NCBI GenBank assembly: GCA_043797665.1
Contig: JAZDPL010000057.1
Location: 1-64,000 of the forward strand
Direction: 5' to 3'
From: Candidatus Omnitrophota bacterium
GTDB taxonomy: Bacteria; Ratteibacteria; UBA8468; MWAK01
Length of the DNA stretch: 64,000 nucleotides
A program made the translations under genes and the position numbers. Below the pieces are notes generated by a model. That model was not told the origin of the DNA and ran no database searches. It saw nothing but the letters and a program-made list of their open reading frames with translations. Below are positions 19,125 to 28,078 of the stretch, piece after piece (positions within the stretch are counted from its first letter, which is position 1; every line of letters starts with the position of its first letter).

Positions 19125-20387
19125 CTAAGAATTTTTGAATAAAGACCTTTGAGTATTTTCCTCTCCTTTTGGTTTCTTCTCTGGTTTTCCCCTTCGTTCT
19201 ATTTCGATAATTTTGCTGATCAGGGCGCCTTTTGCCAGCCGGCTGGAGATTAATTGCCCTATCGAAAGACGGTCTGATTCTTTGGCTACCACACCCTCCG
19301 GATGGGTAAAGGTAATGCTGTAACCGCGGTCCAGGACCGCTAAAGGTGACAGGCTGGAAAGGTGCCGGCTCAACGATTCCCAGAACTGCCGGGATTGTTC
19401 CAGGCCGGTCTTCTGGGCTCTTATCAGCCTCTCGCCTAATTCGTCAATCCGCTGGCTCAGGGTTAAAAGAATGTCCTGGGGACGTTGAAAACCGTACCGG
19501 CTCCTGATGGTGTTTAATCGCCGGGTGAATTCGTTCAGTTTGGTCTGAATCAGATAGATCATCCGCTGGTGATAGGAATTGATTCTGGCTACGGTCTCTT
19601 CCCGGTGCAGGGAGATAATTTCCGCTGCTGCCGAAGGGGTTGGTGCCCGCAGGTCCGCCACAAAGTCGCTGATGGTATAGTCAATCTCGTGTCCCACCGC
19701 AGAGATTACCGGTATTTCGGAGTCCGCGATTGCCCGGGCCACCTTCTCTTCGTTAAAAGCCCACAGGTCTTCCAAACTTCCCCCGCCCCGGGCCAAAAGG
19801 AGCGCGTCAAAACCACCTAAATGATTTATCTCCATAATTCCTTTTACAATTTCTCCGGCGGCTTCTTTACCCTGGACCAACGCCGGATAGATAATGACTT
19901 CAATCCCCGGATTACGGCGCTTTAAGACCTTCAGAATATCCTGGATGGCCGCACCGGTGGGAGAGGTTACCACGGCTAACCTCTTAATCAAATAAGGAAT
20001 GGGTCTTTTCCGTTCCGGAGCAAAGAGCCCTTCGGCTGCCAACTTCTTCTTCAGTTCTTCAAAGGCCAACTGGAGAGCGCCCAGGCCTTTGGGTTCGACT
20101 TCTTCTCCGATAACCTGATATTCGCTCCGGCCCGGGTAGGCTGAGACCCGGCCGGCCAGAAGAACTTTCAATCCTTCGTTCAGATTAAACTTCAGTCTGC
20201 CCGCCACGTTCCGGAAGAGGACCACTCGAATCTGGCTCTCCGCGTCCTTCAAGGTAAAGTAAACGTGTCCGGAGACCGGCTGGCGCAGGGAACTGACCTC
20301 TCCCTCCACCCAGACTGAATGGAACCCGGTTTCCAGAAGGTATTTAATCTCCTGGCTTAACTCCGTAACCGTATAAACCTTTTCCAT
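19125..20387 (-). CDS. xseA: Exodeoxyribonuclease VII large subunit
   Basis: VYTVTEL, SGHVYFTLKD, ARGGGSLEDLWAFNEE, VGHEID, APTPSAAAE. The ORF-track extension to 20543 runs through a repeat. Confidence 0.96.
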   Translation of the reverse strand: MEKVYTVTELSQEIKYLLETGFHSVWVEGEVSSLRQPVSGHVYFTLKDAESQIRVVLFRNVAGRLKFNLNEGLKVLLAGRVSAYPGRSEYQVIGEEVEPKGLGALQLAFEELKKKLAAEGLFAPERKRPIPYLIKRLAVVTSPTGAAIQDILKVLKRRNPGIEVIIYPALVQGKEAAGEIVKGIMEINHLGGFDALLLARGGGSLEDLWAFNEEKVARAIADSEIPVISAVGHEIDYTISDFVADLRAPTPSAAAEIISLHREETVARINSYHQRMIYLIQTKLNEFTRRLNTIRSRYGFQRPQDILLTLSQRIDELGERLIRAQKTGLEQSRQFWESLSRHLSSLSPLAVLDRGYSITFTHPEGVVAKESDRLSIGQLISSRLAKGALISKIIEIERRGKPEKKPKGEENTQRSLFKNS

Positions 20388-20426
20388 ACAACACCGTGCC
20401 CTTTCCAATCCTATGGAAAGGGGACC

Positions 20427-20517
20427 TGTATTCCCGCATGCCTTTAGCGGGAATCTAGCCTGTCCCTGCATGCAATAAGCAGGGATGGATTCCTGCTTAC
20501 TATATGCAGGAATGACA
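20427..20517. repeat. GTC-ended palindromic repeat family A, copy 2 (inverted, with nested hairpin)
   Basis: ATTCCCGCATGCCTTTAGCGGGAATC, CCTGTCCCTGCATGCAATAAGCAGGG, GATTCCTGCTTACTATATGCAGGAATGACA. Confidence 0.85.
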
Positions 20518-20604
20518 AAAGGCGTCATATAATGTATCACCACCCCGGGGAAATGTCAAAGATTCTGGTTGCAGAAGATTAAAGACTGTGGTAAAATTAA
20601 AGGG

Positions 20605-21375
20605 ATGAAAAAGTTTTGCGTGGTGATTCTGGCCGCGGGTAAAGGCACCCGGATGAAGTCTTCCCTCCAGAAAGTCCTCCACAACCTCTTTGGCAAATCA
20701 ATGATTTCCCACATCGTGGAAGTTGTCCATAAGTTGAAACCGGAAAAGGTCCTGATGGTCGTGGGACACCAGAAAGAGCAGGTGAAAAGGGAATTAGCCG
20801 GGAATTCGGTCGGGTTTGTCACCCAGAGGGTTCCTCTGGGGACCGGCCACGCGGTTCGGCAGACGGAAAAGTCGCTCCAGGGTTATTCCGGAGACGTTCT
20901 GATTCTCTGCGGTGACACGCCGCTCTTGAAAGCTGAAACCTTACGAAAACTGCTTGAATACCATCAAAAGAAACAATCCGCCGGTACTATCCTTACCGCT
21001 TTTTTAAAAGACCCTTCTGGTTACGGCCGGATTAAGCGGAACGGCACCGGCGAAGTGGATGCCATTGTAGAGGAAGGAGACGCCACTCCGGAAGAACGCC
21101 GGATTAAGGAAATTAATTCCGGCGTCTATCTCTTCTCCGCTCCGAAATTGTTTCAAAGTCTTAGCCGGGTCAAACCGGATAACGTCAAAGGTGAATATTA
21201 CCTTACCGACGTAATTCACATCTTGCGCTCTCGGGGGGAGGTTATTTCTGCCTGTCCTACCGACCAGCCGGAAGAAGTTTTAGGCGTAAACACTACGGAG
21301 GACTTAAAAATGGCCCAGCGGGTCATGGGTCTGCGAACCCCTATAAAAACCAGGAGTAAAAAAACCGATGGATAA
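20605..21375 (+). CDS. glmU: GlmU-like GlcNAc-1-phosphate uridyltransferase, N-terminal domain only
   Basis: ILAAGKGTRMKS, LGTGHAV, CGDTPL, GYGRI, EINSG, EYYLTD, GVN. Ends before any hexapeptide-repeat domain and sits directly upstream of prs. Confidence 0.85.
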   Translation: MKKFCVVILAAGKGTRMKSSLQKVLHNLFGKSMISHIVEVVHKLKPEKVLMVVGHQKEQVKRELAGNSVGFVTQRVPLGTGHAVRQTEKSLQGYSGDVLILCGDTPLLKAETLRKLLEYHQKKQSAGTILTAFLKDPSGYGRIKRNGTGEVDAIVEEGDATPEERRIKEINSGVYLFSAPKLFQSLSRVKPDNVKGEYYLTDVIHILRSRGEVISACPTDQPEEVLGVNTTEDLKMAQRVMGLRTPIKTRSKKTDG

Positions 21376-22303
21376 TTGTCTCATTTTCAGCGGAGCCGCT
21401 AACCTTCCTCTGGGTGAAGCCATCGCCCGATACCTGGGCAAAAGTTTAGGCAAAATCAGTTCCGAACGGTTCAGCGACGGTGAAATCAGCGTGGCGATTG
21501 AGGATAATGTTCGTGGTAAAGATATTTTTGTCATTCAGCCCACCTCACCGCCGGTCAACGAAAACCTGATGGAACTTCTGGTGATGATTGATGCTTTCCG
21601 CCGGGCGAGCGCAGAAAGGATTGTTGCGGTTATCCCCTATTTTGGCTATGCCCGTCAGGACCGGAAAGACAAGCCCAGAGTACCCATCACCGCAAAATTG
21701 GTTGCCAACCTCATTACCGCCAGCGGTGCCAGCCGGATTCTGACGATGGACCTCCACGCCCCCCAGATTCAGGGATTCTTTGACATTCCGGTGGATCACC
21801 TCTTTGCCGCGCCGATCACGGTCGCTTACTTCCAGAAGAAGGCTCTACCGGAACCGGTGGTGGTGGCTCCGGACGTGGGTAGCGTTAAGATTGCCCGGTC
21901 TTTTGCCAAGAAATTGCGGGCAGGTTTAGCCATCGTGGACAAGCGCCGGGATGGTCCCGACGAAGTGGAAGCAGTGAACTTAATCGGTGAAGTAAAGGGT
22001 AAAACCGCTATCCTGGTGGATGACCTCATCGCCACCGGCGGTACCCTGGTAGAGGCGGCTGCGGTTCTGAAGAAGAACGGAGCCTTAGACGTCTACGCCT
22101 CCTGTACCCACGGAGTTCTTTCCGGTAATGCGATTGCCAGGATTAAGGAATCAGCCTTGAAGGAATTAGTCATTACCGACACCATTCCGTTATCTCCGGA
22201 GAAGGCGATATCGAAGATTAAGGTCCTTTCCGTCGCAGAACTGTTGGGTGAGGCGATTAAACGAATCCACCTTTCCAAATCAGTCAGTTCCCTCTTTATA
22301 TAA
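21368..22303 (+). CDS. prs: Ribose-phosphate pyrophosphokinase
   Basis: RFSDGE, PYFGYARQDRK, DLHAPQIQGFF, VDDLIATGGT. Confidence 0.98.
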   Translation: MDNCLIFSGAANLPLGEAIARYLGKSLGKISSERFSDGEISVAIEDNVRGKDIFVIQPTSPPVNENLMELLVMIDAFRRASAERIVAVIPYFGYARQDRKDKPRVPITAKLVANLITASGASRILTMDLHAPQIQGFFDIPVDHLFAAPITVAYFQKKALPEPVVVAPDVGSVKIARSFAKKLRAGLAIVDKRRDGPDEVEAVNLIGEVKGKTAILVDDLIATGGTLVEAAAVLKKNGALDVYASCTHGVLSGNAIARIKESALKELVITDTIPLSPEKAISKIKVLSVAELLGEAIKRIHLSKSVSSLFI

Positions 22304-22310
22304 TTGGTCC

Positions 22311-22413
22311 TGTCATTCCTGCGGATAGTAAGCAGGAATCCCTGCTTAATACATGCAGGGACAGGTCCATATTCGTAATCGCTGGATTCCCGCTGAAGAC
22401 ATGCGGGAATGAC
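22311..22413. repeat. GTC-ended palindromic repeat family A, copy 3 (with nested hairpin)
   Basis: TGTCATTCCTGCGGATAGTAAGCAGGAATC is identical to copy 1. Nested CCCTGCTTAATACATGCAGGGACAGG. Ends GCGGGAATGAC. Confidence 0.88.
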
Positions 22414-22441
22414 GCGAAAAATTTGTGTCATGAGGTGTCTT

Positions 22442-23482
22442 ATGGGTAGAAAAGACGGAAGTTGGGTTGAGACAGATTTTACTTTTCGGGGCTGGCGCCT
22501 TCTGATTCTGAAAAACCGGAACCTGCGGGTTGCCATCCTGCCGGAAAAGGGTTCGGATATCCTGGAGTTCCGTTACAAACCTCTGGACGTGGACGTAATG
22601 TGGGAAAGTCCGTTGGGTTTGCGGCCTAACGGCTGGTTTGTACCCACCAACGGAAGTGCTTTGGCGCCTGCAGACGGGAAAGCGGAACAGGGCAACTTTA
22701 TGGACTACTACGAAGGCGGCTGGCAGGAAATTTTTCCTAACGCCGGCCCAGCCAGTGAATATAAGGGAACCACCATCGGTCAGCACGGCGAGGTGGCGCT
22801 GACACCCTGGCAGTGGCAGGTTTTGGAAGAGGGCGGCCGCCGGGCATCGGTTAAGATGTCGGTTAATACTTACCGCACTCCGTTTCGGCTGGAAAAGATT
22901 CTGACGCTGGAAGGCGATAAGCCAACCCTTTTTATAGAGGAGAAGGTTACCAACCTGTCTGGCGAGACCGTAGATTTTTCCTGGGGGCACCACCCGGCTT
23001 TTGGCGCTCCTTTTCTTTCCGGAAAGAGTTTGATTGAACTTCCCGGTAAGCCGGAGGTAGAGGTCTGTCCTGGTGATGGTGTCTGCCGAACCAACCTTGT
23101 TCCCGGTAAATGGAAGTGGCCCCTGGTGGAAGGCAAGAAAGGCAAGGTCGATTTAAGAAAAGTCCCTGCTCCCGAAGACAAAATATCCAATATGATGTTT
23201 CTGACCAACCTTCCCAGAGGAGAATACCGGCTTACCAATCCGGACGAAGGGCTTACCTTCCGGATGGAGTGGGATATAAAGGTCTTCAGTTACCTCTGGT
23301 ACTGGCAGGTAGCCGGGGGGAGTTTCGGATATCCCTGGTGGGGCCAGACCTATAATATCGCGCTGGAACCTTTTTCCGGACCGCCCATTCTTTCCCGGGC
23401 GATTAAAGAAGGCAAGGCGCTCTCCCTGCAGGCCGGCAAATCCCTTTCCACCACCCTCTCCGCTTCTTTTATAACCATATAA
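22442..23482 (+). CDS. Aldose 1-epimerase / galactose mutarotase-like protein (DUF4432-like)
   Basis: GGWQEIFP, QHGE, WGHHPAFG, ALEP motifs. GAGG RBS before ATG 22442. Confidence 0.8.
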   Translation: MGRKDGSWVETDFTFRGWRLLILKNRNLRVAILPEKGSDILEFRYKPLDVDVMWESPLGLRPNGWFVPTNGSALAPADGKAEQGNFMDYYEGGWQEIFPNAGPASEYKGTTIGQHGEVALTPWQWQVLEEGGRRASVKMSVNTYRTPFRLEKILTLEGDKPTLFIEEKVTNLSGETVDFSWGHHPAFGAPFLSGKSLIELPGKPEVEVCPGDGVCRTNLVPGKWKWPLVEGKKGKVDLRKVPAPEDKISNMMFLTNLPRGEYRLTNPDEGLTFRMEWDIKVFSYLWYWQVAGGSFGYPWWGQTYNIALEPFSGPPILSRAIKEGKALSLQAGKSLSTTLSASFITI

Positions 23483-23485
23483 AAA

Positions 23486-23658
23486 AGAGCGTCGGTAAGT
23501 CTTCGCCAACAAGTTTGCGGAGGCAGAAGGACAGTGGTTAGGTTTCCGGAAAGAGGGAAACCAAGCGCTTATCTTGGAGGGTTCCCCTTGACGGAAATCT
23601 TTACCACTGTTTCTGCCGTAGCTACTGTCCGAAGGTGGAGAAGACTTACCGACGCTCT
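23486..23658. mobile_element. 173-nt rod-shaped element with 19-bp perfect terminal inverted repeats (MITE-like or structured RNA)
   Basis: AGAGCGTCGGTAAGTCTTC (23486-23504) and GAAGACTTACCGACGCTCT (23640-23658), with nested inner stems. Confidence 0.6.
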
Positions 23659-23661
23659 GCA

Positions 23662-24927
23662 TCACACCCAGCCGCGCAGTTTCATCGCCTGAACCACCCG
23701 GTCCACTGCGACCACATAGGCTGCCACGCGCATATTTATTTGGTACTTTTTGGAAGTTGCCAGGACCGCGTGGTAGGCAATGGTCATCTTCTTATCCAAC
23801 TGGCGGTAAATATCGTCCTCTTCCCAGTAGTACATATAGAAATTCTGTACCATCTCAAAGTAAGAAACGGTTACCCCTCCGGCGTTACAGAGGAAATCCG
23901 GGATTACGTGAACACCTTTCCGGTAAAGAATCTCGTCAGCTTCCGGGGTGGTAGGGCCGTTAGCCAGTTCCGCCACAATTTCAGCCTTGATGTTTTCCGC
24001 GTTACTTTTAGTAATTACGCTCTCTAAGGCTGCCGGCACCAAAACGTCAACCTTGAGTTCCAGGAGTTCTTCATTGGAGATGGGTTTGGTGTCTTTAAAT
24101 CCAACCACTGAACCGGTCTTCTTCTTGTGTTCGCAGACCGCCTGGTAGTCAAGACCATCCGGATTGTAGATACCGCCTTTACTGTCACTGATGGCGACCA
24201 CTTTGCTTCCCAAAAGGGTTGTTGCCAGAAGAGCCGCGTAATAACCGGCGTTTCCGTAACCCTGAATTGCCACGGTGGCTTTCTTCAGGTCAACGCCGCA
24301 TTCTTGAGCAGCCTCGCGGATGGTAAAGACCCCGCCCCGGGCAGTGGCGTCGTACCTGCCGGCCGACCCGCCAAGTCCTATCGGTTTCCCGGTGATTGCA
24401 CCAAACTGGTTCTTGCCGGATATCCTGGAGTACTCATCCATCATCCAGCTCATCGTCTGGGCATCGGTGTAGACGTCCGGTGCCGGAATATCACGTTCCG
24501 GTCCGAGAAAGGTCCAGATCGTCTGGATGTATGCCCGGCTTAGCCGTTCCAGTTCGCCCCGGGACATCTCCTTGGGGTTGCAAATAATTCCTCCCTTGGC
24601 GCCCCCCAAAGGTAAGTCAAGGAGAGAGCACTTCCAGGTCATCCAGGCAGATAAGGCGCGGACAGTATCTATCGTTTCCTCGGGATGAAACCGGATTCCG
24701 CCTTTGGTGGGTCCTTTTGCCTCGTTATACCGAACCCGGTATCCCTGAAAGACCTTAATTGAGCCGTTGTCCATCCGGATGGGAAAAGAGACGTGCATTT
24801 CCTGCATCGGAACCCGGAGTAAGGCGTGGGTTCCGGCGTCTAACTTAAGAATCTGGGCACACCGGTCTAATTGTTCCTGGGCCATCTCAAACGGATTACA
24901 TTTCTTCGTCAGGTTACATTTATCCAT
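23662..24927 (-). CDS. gdhA: Glutamate dehydrogenase (Glu/Leu/Phe/Val family)
   Basis: [59 protein letters not shown]. Confidence 0.95.
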   Translation of the reverse strand: MDKCNLTKKCNPFEMAQEQLDRCAQILKLDAGTHALLRVPMQEMHVSFPIRMDNGSIKVFQGYRVRYNEAKGPTKGGIRFHPEETIDTVRALSAWMTWKCSLLDLPLGGAKGGIICNPKEMSRGELERLSRAYIQTIWTFLGPERDIPAPDVYTDAQTMSWMMDEYSRISGKNQFGAITGKPIGLGGSAGRYDATARGGVFTIREAAQECGVDLKKATVAIQGYGNAGYYAALLATTLLGSKVVAISDSKGGIYNPDGLDYQAVCEHKKKTGSVVGFKDTKPISNEELLELKVDVLVPAALESVITKSNAENIKAEIVAELANGPTTPEADEILYRKGVHVIPDFLCNAGGVTVSYFEMVQNFYMYYWEEDDIYRQLDKKMTIAYHAVLATSKKYQINMRVAAYVVAVDRVVQAMKLRGWV

Positions 24928-24945
24928 CTTTTTCCTCCCGCAAAT

Positions 24946-25036
24946 AAAAAAAGGCGTTTTCTTCCCTTTCTGAAGAAAGCGCCTTTGCTTCTTATTTCAG
25001 GGTTCGCCTAAAAAACCGGAGACTTCCTTGTCTCCG
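24946..25036 (-). promoter_or_regulatory. ANTAR-type dual hexaloop leader with overlapping intrinsic terminator upstream of gdhA
   Basis: CGGAGAC-AAGGAA-GTCTCCG and AAGC-AAAGGC-GCTT hairpins (loop A1/G4). The second overlaps AAAGGCGCTTTCTTC...GAAGAAAACGCCTTTTTTT. Confidence 0.7.
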
Positions 25037-25067
25037 TTATTCGGATTCAAATCACAATTATGCCTAG

Positions 25068-25096
25068 ATTATAACTTTTGCCATTACAAATGTCAA
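25068..25096 (-). promoter_or_regulatory. Consensus sigma70 promoter for gdhA
   Basis: Exact TTGACA-17nt-TATAAT on the minus strand. Confidence 0.9.
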
Positions 25097-25130
25097 ATCC
25101 CCGAGTTGAGAACTCTGGAAAGTCCACATT

Positions 25131-25220
25131 TGTCATTCTGAGTACGGGTCCCCTTACCGTTGAATCGGTAAGGGAGCGAAGAATCCATCCCTCAGACCCT
25201 TCACGTTGTTCAGGGTGACA
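25131..25220. repeat. GTC-ended palindromic repeat family B, copy 1 (with nested hairpin)
   Basis: TGTCATTCTGAG...GCGAAGAATC...AGACCCTTC...TTCAGGGTGACA. Nested CCCTTACCG-TTGAAT-CGGTAAGGG. Confidence 0.8.
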
Positions 25221-25295
25221 CGGAGGGCACTTTCTCACCCTGAAAACTTGACTTAACTGCTATGTGGTGATAATATATTTGGGGAGGTGATTAAA

Positions 25296-25535
25296 ATGGT
25301 GGTGAAGAAAAGTAAGAAGCCGGTGATTCAGGCTAAGTCCGGAGCAAAAACAACCGGTGAGCACGTCGCGGAAAGCCTCCGGAAGATGGGAAAGGATATT
25401 ACGGATATCACCGAAGAAATCCGCAAATTGGCGCATCAGTTCTTTGCGGAACGGAACTACGAGCACGGCTGCGATTTTGATGACTGGCTTAAAGCGGAAA
25501 AGATAATTAAAAAAAGATTAAAGATTTTCAAATAA
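25296..25535 (+). CDS. Small DUF2934-like protein
   Basis: EEIRKLAHQFFAERNYEHGCDFDDWLKAE matches the DUF2934 pattern. GGAGGTGA RBS. Confidence 0.8.
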   Translation: MVVKKSKKPVIQAKSGAKTTGEHVAESLRKMGKDITDITEEIRKLAHQFFAERNYEHGCDFDDWLKAEKIIKKRLKIFK

Positions 25536-25540
25536 GAATC

Positions 25541-28051
25541 TTATCTCTTTACAATAAGATAGGTGTGTAACCTTGCCGTGGAGAAGGTTACTGACTGGTC
25601 TCCTGAAGGCACCTTCCCGTAAATACAGGTAATTTCCTTACCCGTCTTTTTATCAATTATCCGTACTTTTTTACCCGGCCAGGGATTGATAAATACGCAG
25701 TCATTTCCAGTCAGGGAGCGTACTTCAATATATTTAGACTCACCCTTCTGTTTCTCTGCGGATACCTCAAAGGCGCCCACCGCTAAAAATCTTTGAAAGG
25801 CAACCTCAACGTCTTCAGGGACAATGGGAAAGAACCTCATCCTTCCGCTCCGGCAGTTAAGCAAGTTCTCCGGTTCCAAAATCTGCTGGTCACAGGGTTC
25901 TAATTCTTCACCCAGGAGCATCCGGCACTTTCTGAGGGAACCGATCCAGTTAAGATTTTGTGCCATATTCCTGAAAGTCCGCCGGGCTATCTCTAATTTT
26001 TCTCGCGGTGAATCCAGGGTGATATCATCACCCCAGAAAACCGGAGCCAGCGGAACCGGGATGTTATACTGGATGGGCGGCGCTCCTTTTACGTCAACAA
26101 AAATGGGCCCTTCTTTGGTCTGGTAGGTGGGATAAGGAGCAAGATTTTTAGCGATTTCTAACCACCGCTTCCGTTCGTTTCGGTCCTTACCAAGAATTTC
26201 CGCTGCTTGTACCGCAGACTTTAAGTTATACTTTACCATCGTAAGGCCAGAAGCAGAATCTTCGTTGCGACCAAACTTTTCCCAGAGTCCCCAGTGTTCC
26301 GGCGAGACGGTAGGTACGATATGGTAAAAGCCATCTTTTCCTTTCGTAACATAATCGGAATAGAACTGAGCACCCGCTTTCAATACCGGATAACCTTCCT
26401 TCTCCAGGAAGGTTTTGTCAGCGGTGTAGAGGTAATGTTGCCAGAATAACTTTGCCACCACCGCATAGAGTTCCATAATCTGTTCCCAGATGAGGGTTGA
26501 ATGGGGTATCGTCTCGGTTTTAAAAGGTCCGTAACTTACCGGGAAAACCGCACCCCGGCACCCGTATATCCTTTTTGCCGCTTTCCTGGCGCCGGGCAAT
26601 AACATTTTCACTATCTTGAACCACCGCTCCAACCGGTCAATCTGGTTTCTGAGGAAAGCGCAGTGGTACTCAGGTTCGTCAAAGGTGGTCATACCGTGCC
26701 AGAGGGTGAAGTCCTGTTCAAAATGGAGGTAAGCGGCATCGCATTCGTATTTGGTCGGGTCGGAACAGGTGGAACCGCTGTGATGCCAGGTCCAGGCAAG
26801 GGACAAATCTTTCACCACCATTTCCGTCTTTTGCCTGTCCCGGTAGAATATCCGGCCGGTCTCCCTTTTCTGCCAGTACTTCTGCCACCATTGGCTGTTC
26901 TCTTCTTTTAACTTTTCCAGACCCGCCCGTTCTGCCTGAAGAAGGTTATTTTTTGCTTTTTTAAAGATATCCTTTGCTTCGTTGGTGGTAACCACGGTAA
27001 CCAGCAGGGTAAATTTTAGGTTCTCTTTTTTGGTTAAAGAGACGGTTACCGCTGAGCCCTCTGCCTCGCGGATATTCTTGTACATCGGCAGGTAAGTCCA
27101 GGCCCAGAGGTCTCTTTTATCAATTTTTGCCTGTTGTTCCGGGGTCAGGTGGGGTGGGGTACCCAATCCTTTCTCTCCGTTTACAACCCGGACCTCACCG
27201 AAAGAACCTGAAACGGTTCCCATCATCACGTACTCAAACCCTTTCGGAAAGGTGCGTTCCGGAGGTAATTTCTGGTAAATCCAGAAGAACCGGCCGTCGC
27301 TTCCTGCCTCCGGTGGTTCCAGAGGTCCGTTCCCTTTATCCTGGGAATAGGCATACGGAACCGGGCAGGGAAGGGGTTTTTCTTGCCGGGTCCGTATTTT
27401 CTTTTCAAGATAGAAGGGACGGTCATAATAGGTCCCGATAGTATCATAAGACTTACCGTATTCCCCTGTATCCTTATGCCGGTACAGCCTCAGACTTACC
27501 GGATTCTTCAATCCCCTGAATTCTCCTTCCATAACCAGAATGTTGCGGGTCATCATCAGAAACGTTTTGATGCTCCCCTTCTTATTTAATGGGACGAAGA
27601 CATTCCTTTTCCCATATTCTATTAGTGCTTCCAGGCTATTGGGGTCTGCAAAATCTTTGCCTAACAGAATTACCTGACCAACCGGTTTGGCGCAGGGGAA
27701 GTCATAGGCGGTCATTCCGTAGTAGTGCCGGTCAAGGGAGTTGGGGTACCAGGGGTCAAGGTGCGGGTGTTTGCTGAAAGCGTCTTTTTTGATTTCGGCT
27801 AAGGTCATCTCTTGTTTCTGAAAGTATCTCCGGTCCCAGACATCGGTCTTGTTGATACTCCAGGTAATCTGTTTTGATGGACCCCAGAGAGAAATCTTCA
27901 TCTGGGGATTATAGATGCCAACTGCCTTTCCGCCAATCCAGGTCTCCGGTGTCTGGGGGTCTGTTGCCGGGATAACCCTTTTTTCCGATATAGTCTGAGC
28001 CAACTCCCACAAACTCTTCTGTCCGTACCGAAGACTGCTTTTTGGTATCAT
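25541..28051 (-). CDS. GH95-like (alpha/alpha)6 glycoside hydrolase, divergent, no signal peptide
   Basis: KTDVWDRR, FWQHYLYTAD, YPVLK..AQFY, PTVSPEH, GAFEVSA, VRSLTG, NPWPG. Confidence 0.7.
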   Translation of the reverse strand: MIPKSSLRYGQKSLWELAQTISEKRVIPATDPQTPETWIGGKAVGIYNPQMKISLWGPSKQITWSINKTDVWDRRYFQKQEMTLAEIKKDAFSKHPHLDPWYPNSLDRHYYGMTAYDFPCAKPVGQVILLGKDFADPNSLEALIEYGKRNVFVPLNKKGSIKTFLMMTRNILVMEGEFRGLKNPVSLRLYRHKDTGEYGKSYDTIGTYYDRPFYLEKKIRTRQEKPLPCPVPYAYSQDKGNGPLEPPEAGSDGRFFWIYQKLPPERTFPKGFEYVMMGTVSGSFGEVRVVNGEKGLGTPPHLTPEQQAKIDKRDLWAWTYLPMYKNIREAEGSAVTVSLTKKENLKFTLLVTVVTTNEAKDIFKKAKNNLLQAERAGLEKLKEENSQWWQKYWQKRETGRIFYRDRQKTEMVVKDLSLAWTWHHSGSTCSDPTKYECDAAYLHFEQDFTLWHGMTTFDEPEYHCAFLRNQIDRLERWFKIVKMLLPGARKAAKRIYGCRGAVFPVSYGPFKTETIPHSTLIWEQIMELYAVVAKLFWQHYLYTADKTFLEKEGYPVLKAGAQFYSDYVTKGKDGFYHIVPTVSPEHWGLWEKFGRNEDSASGLTMVKYNLKSAVQAAEILGKDRNERKRWLEIAKNLAPYPTYQTKEGPIFVDVKGAPPIQYNIPVPLAPVFWGDDITLDSPREKLEIARRTFRNMAQNLNWIGSLRKCRMLLGEELEPCDQQILEPENLLNCRSGRMRFFPIVPEDVEVAFQRFLAVGAFEVSAEKQKGESKYIEVRSLTGNDCVFINPWPGKKVRIIDKKTGKEITCIYGKVPSGDQSVTFSTARLHTYLIVKR

Positions 28052-28078
28052 ATCAGTCTCAAACAGCGCGAGAGATTT

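Noticed and set aside
20388..20543. N-terminal extension of xseA in the ORF track (and similar extensions of the LolA-like and epimerase-like ORFs)
   Set aside because: The extensions are translations of palindromic repeats, and downstream ATGs match the family starts.
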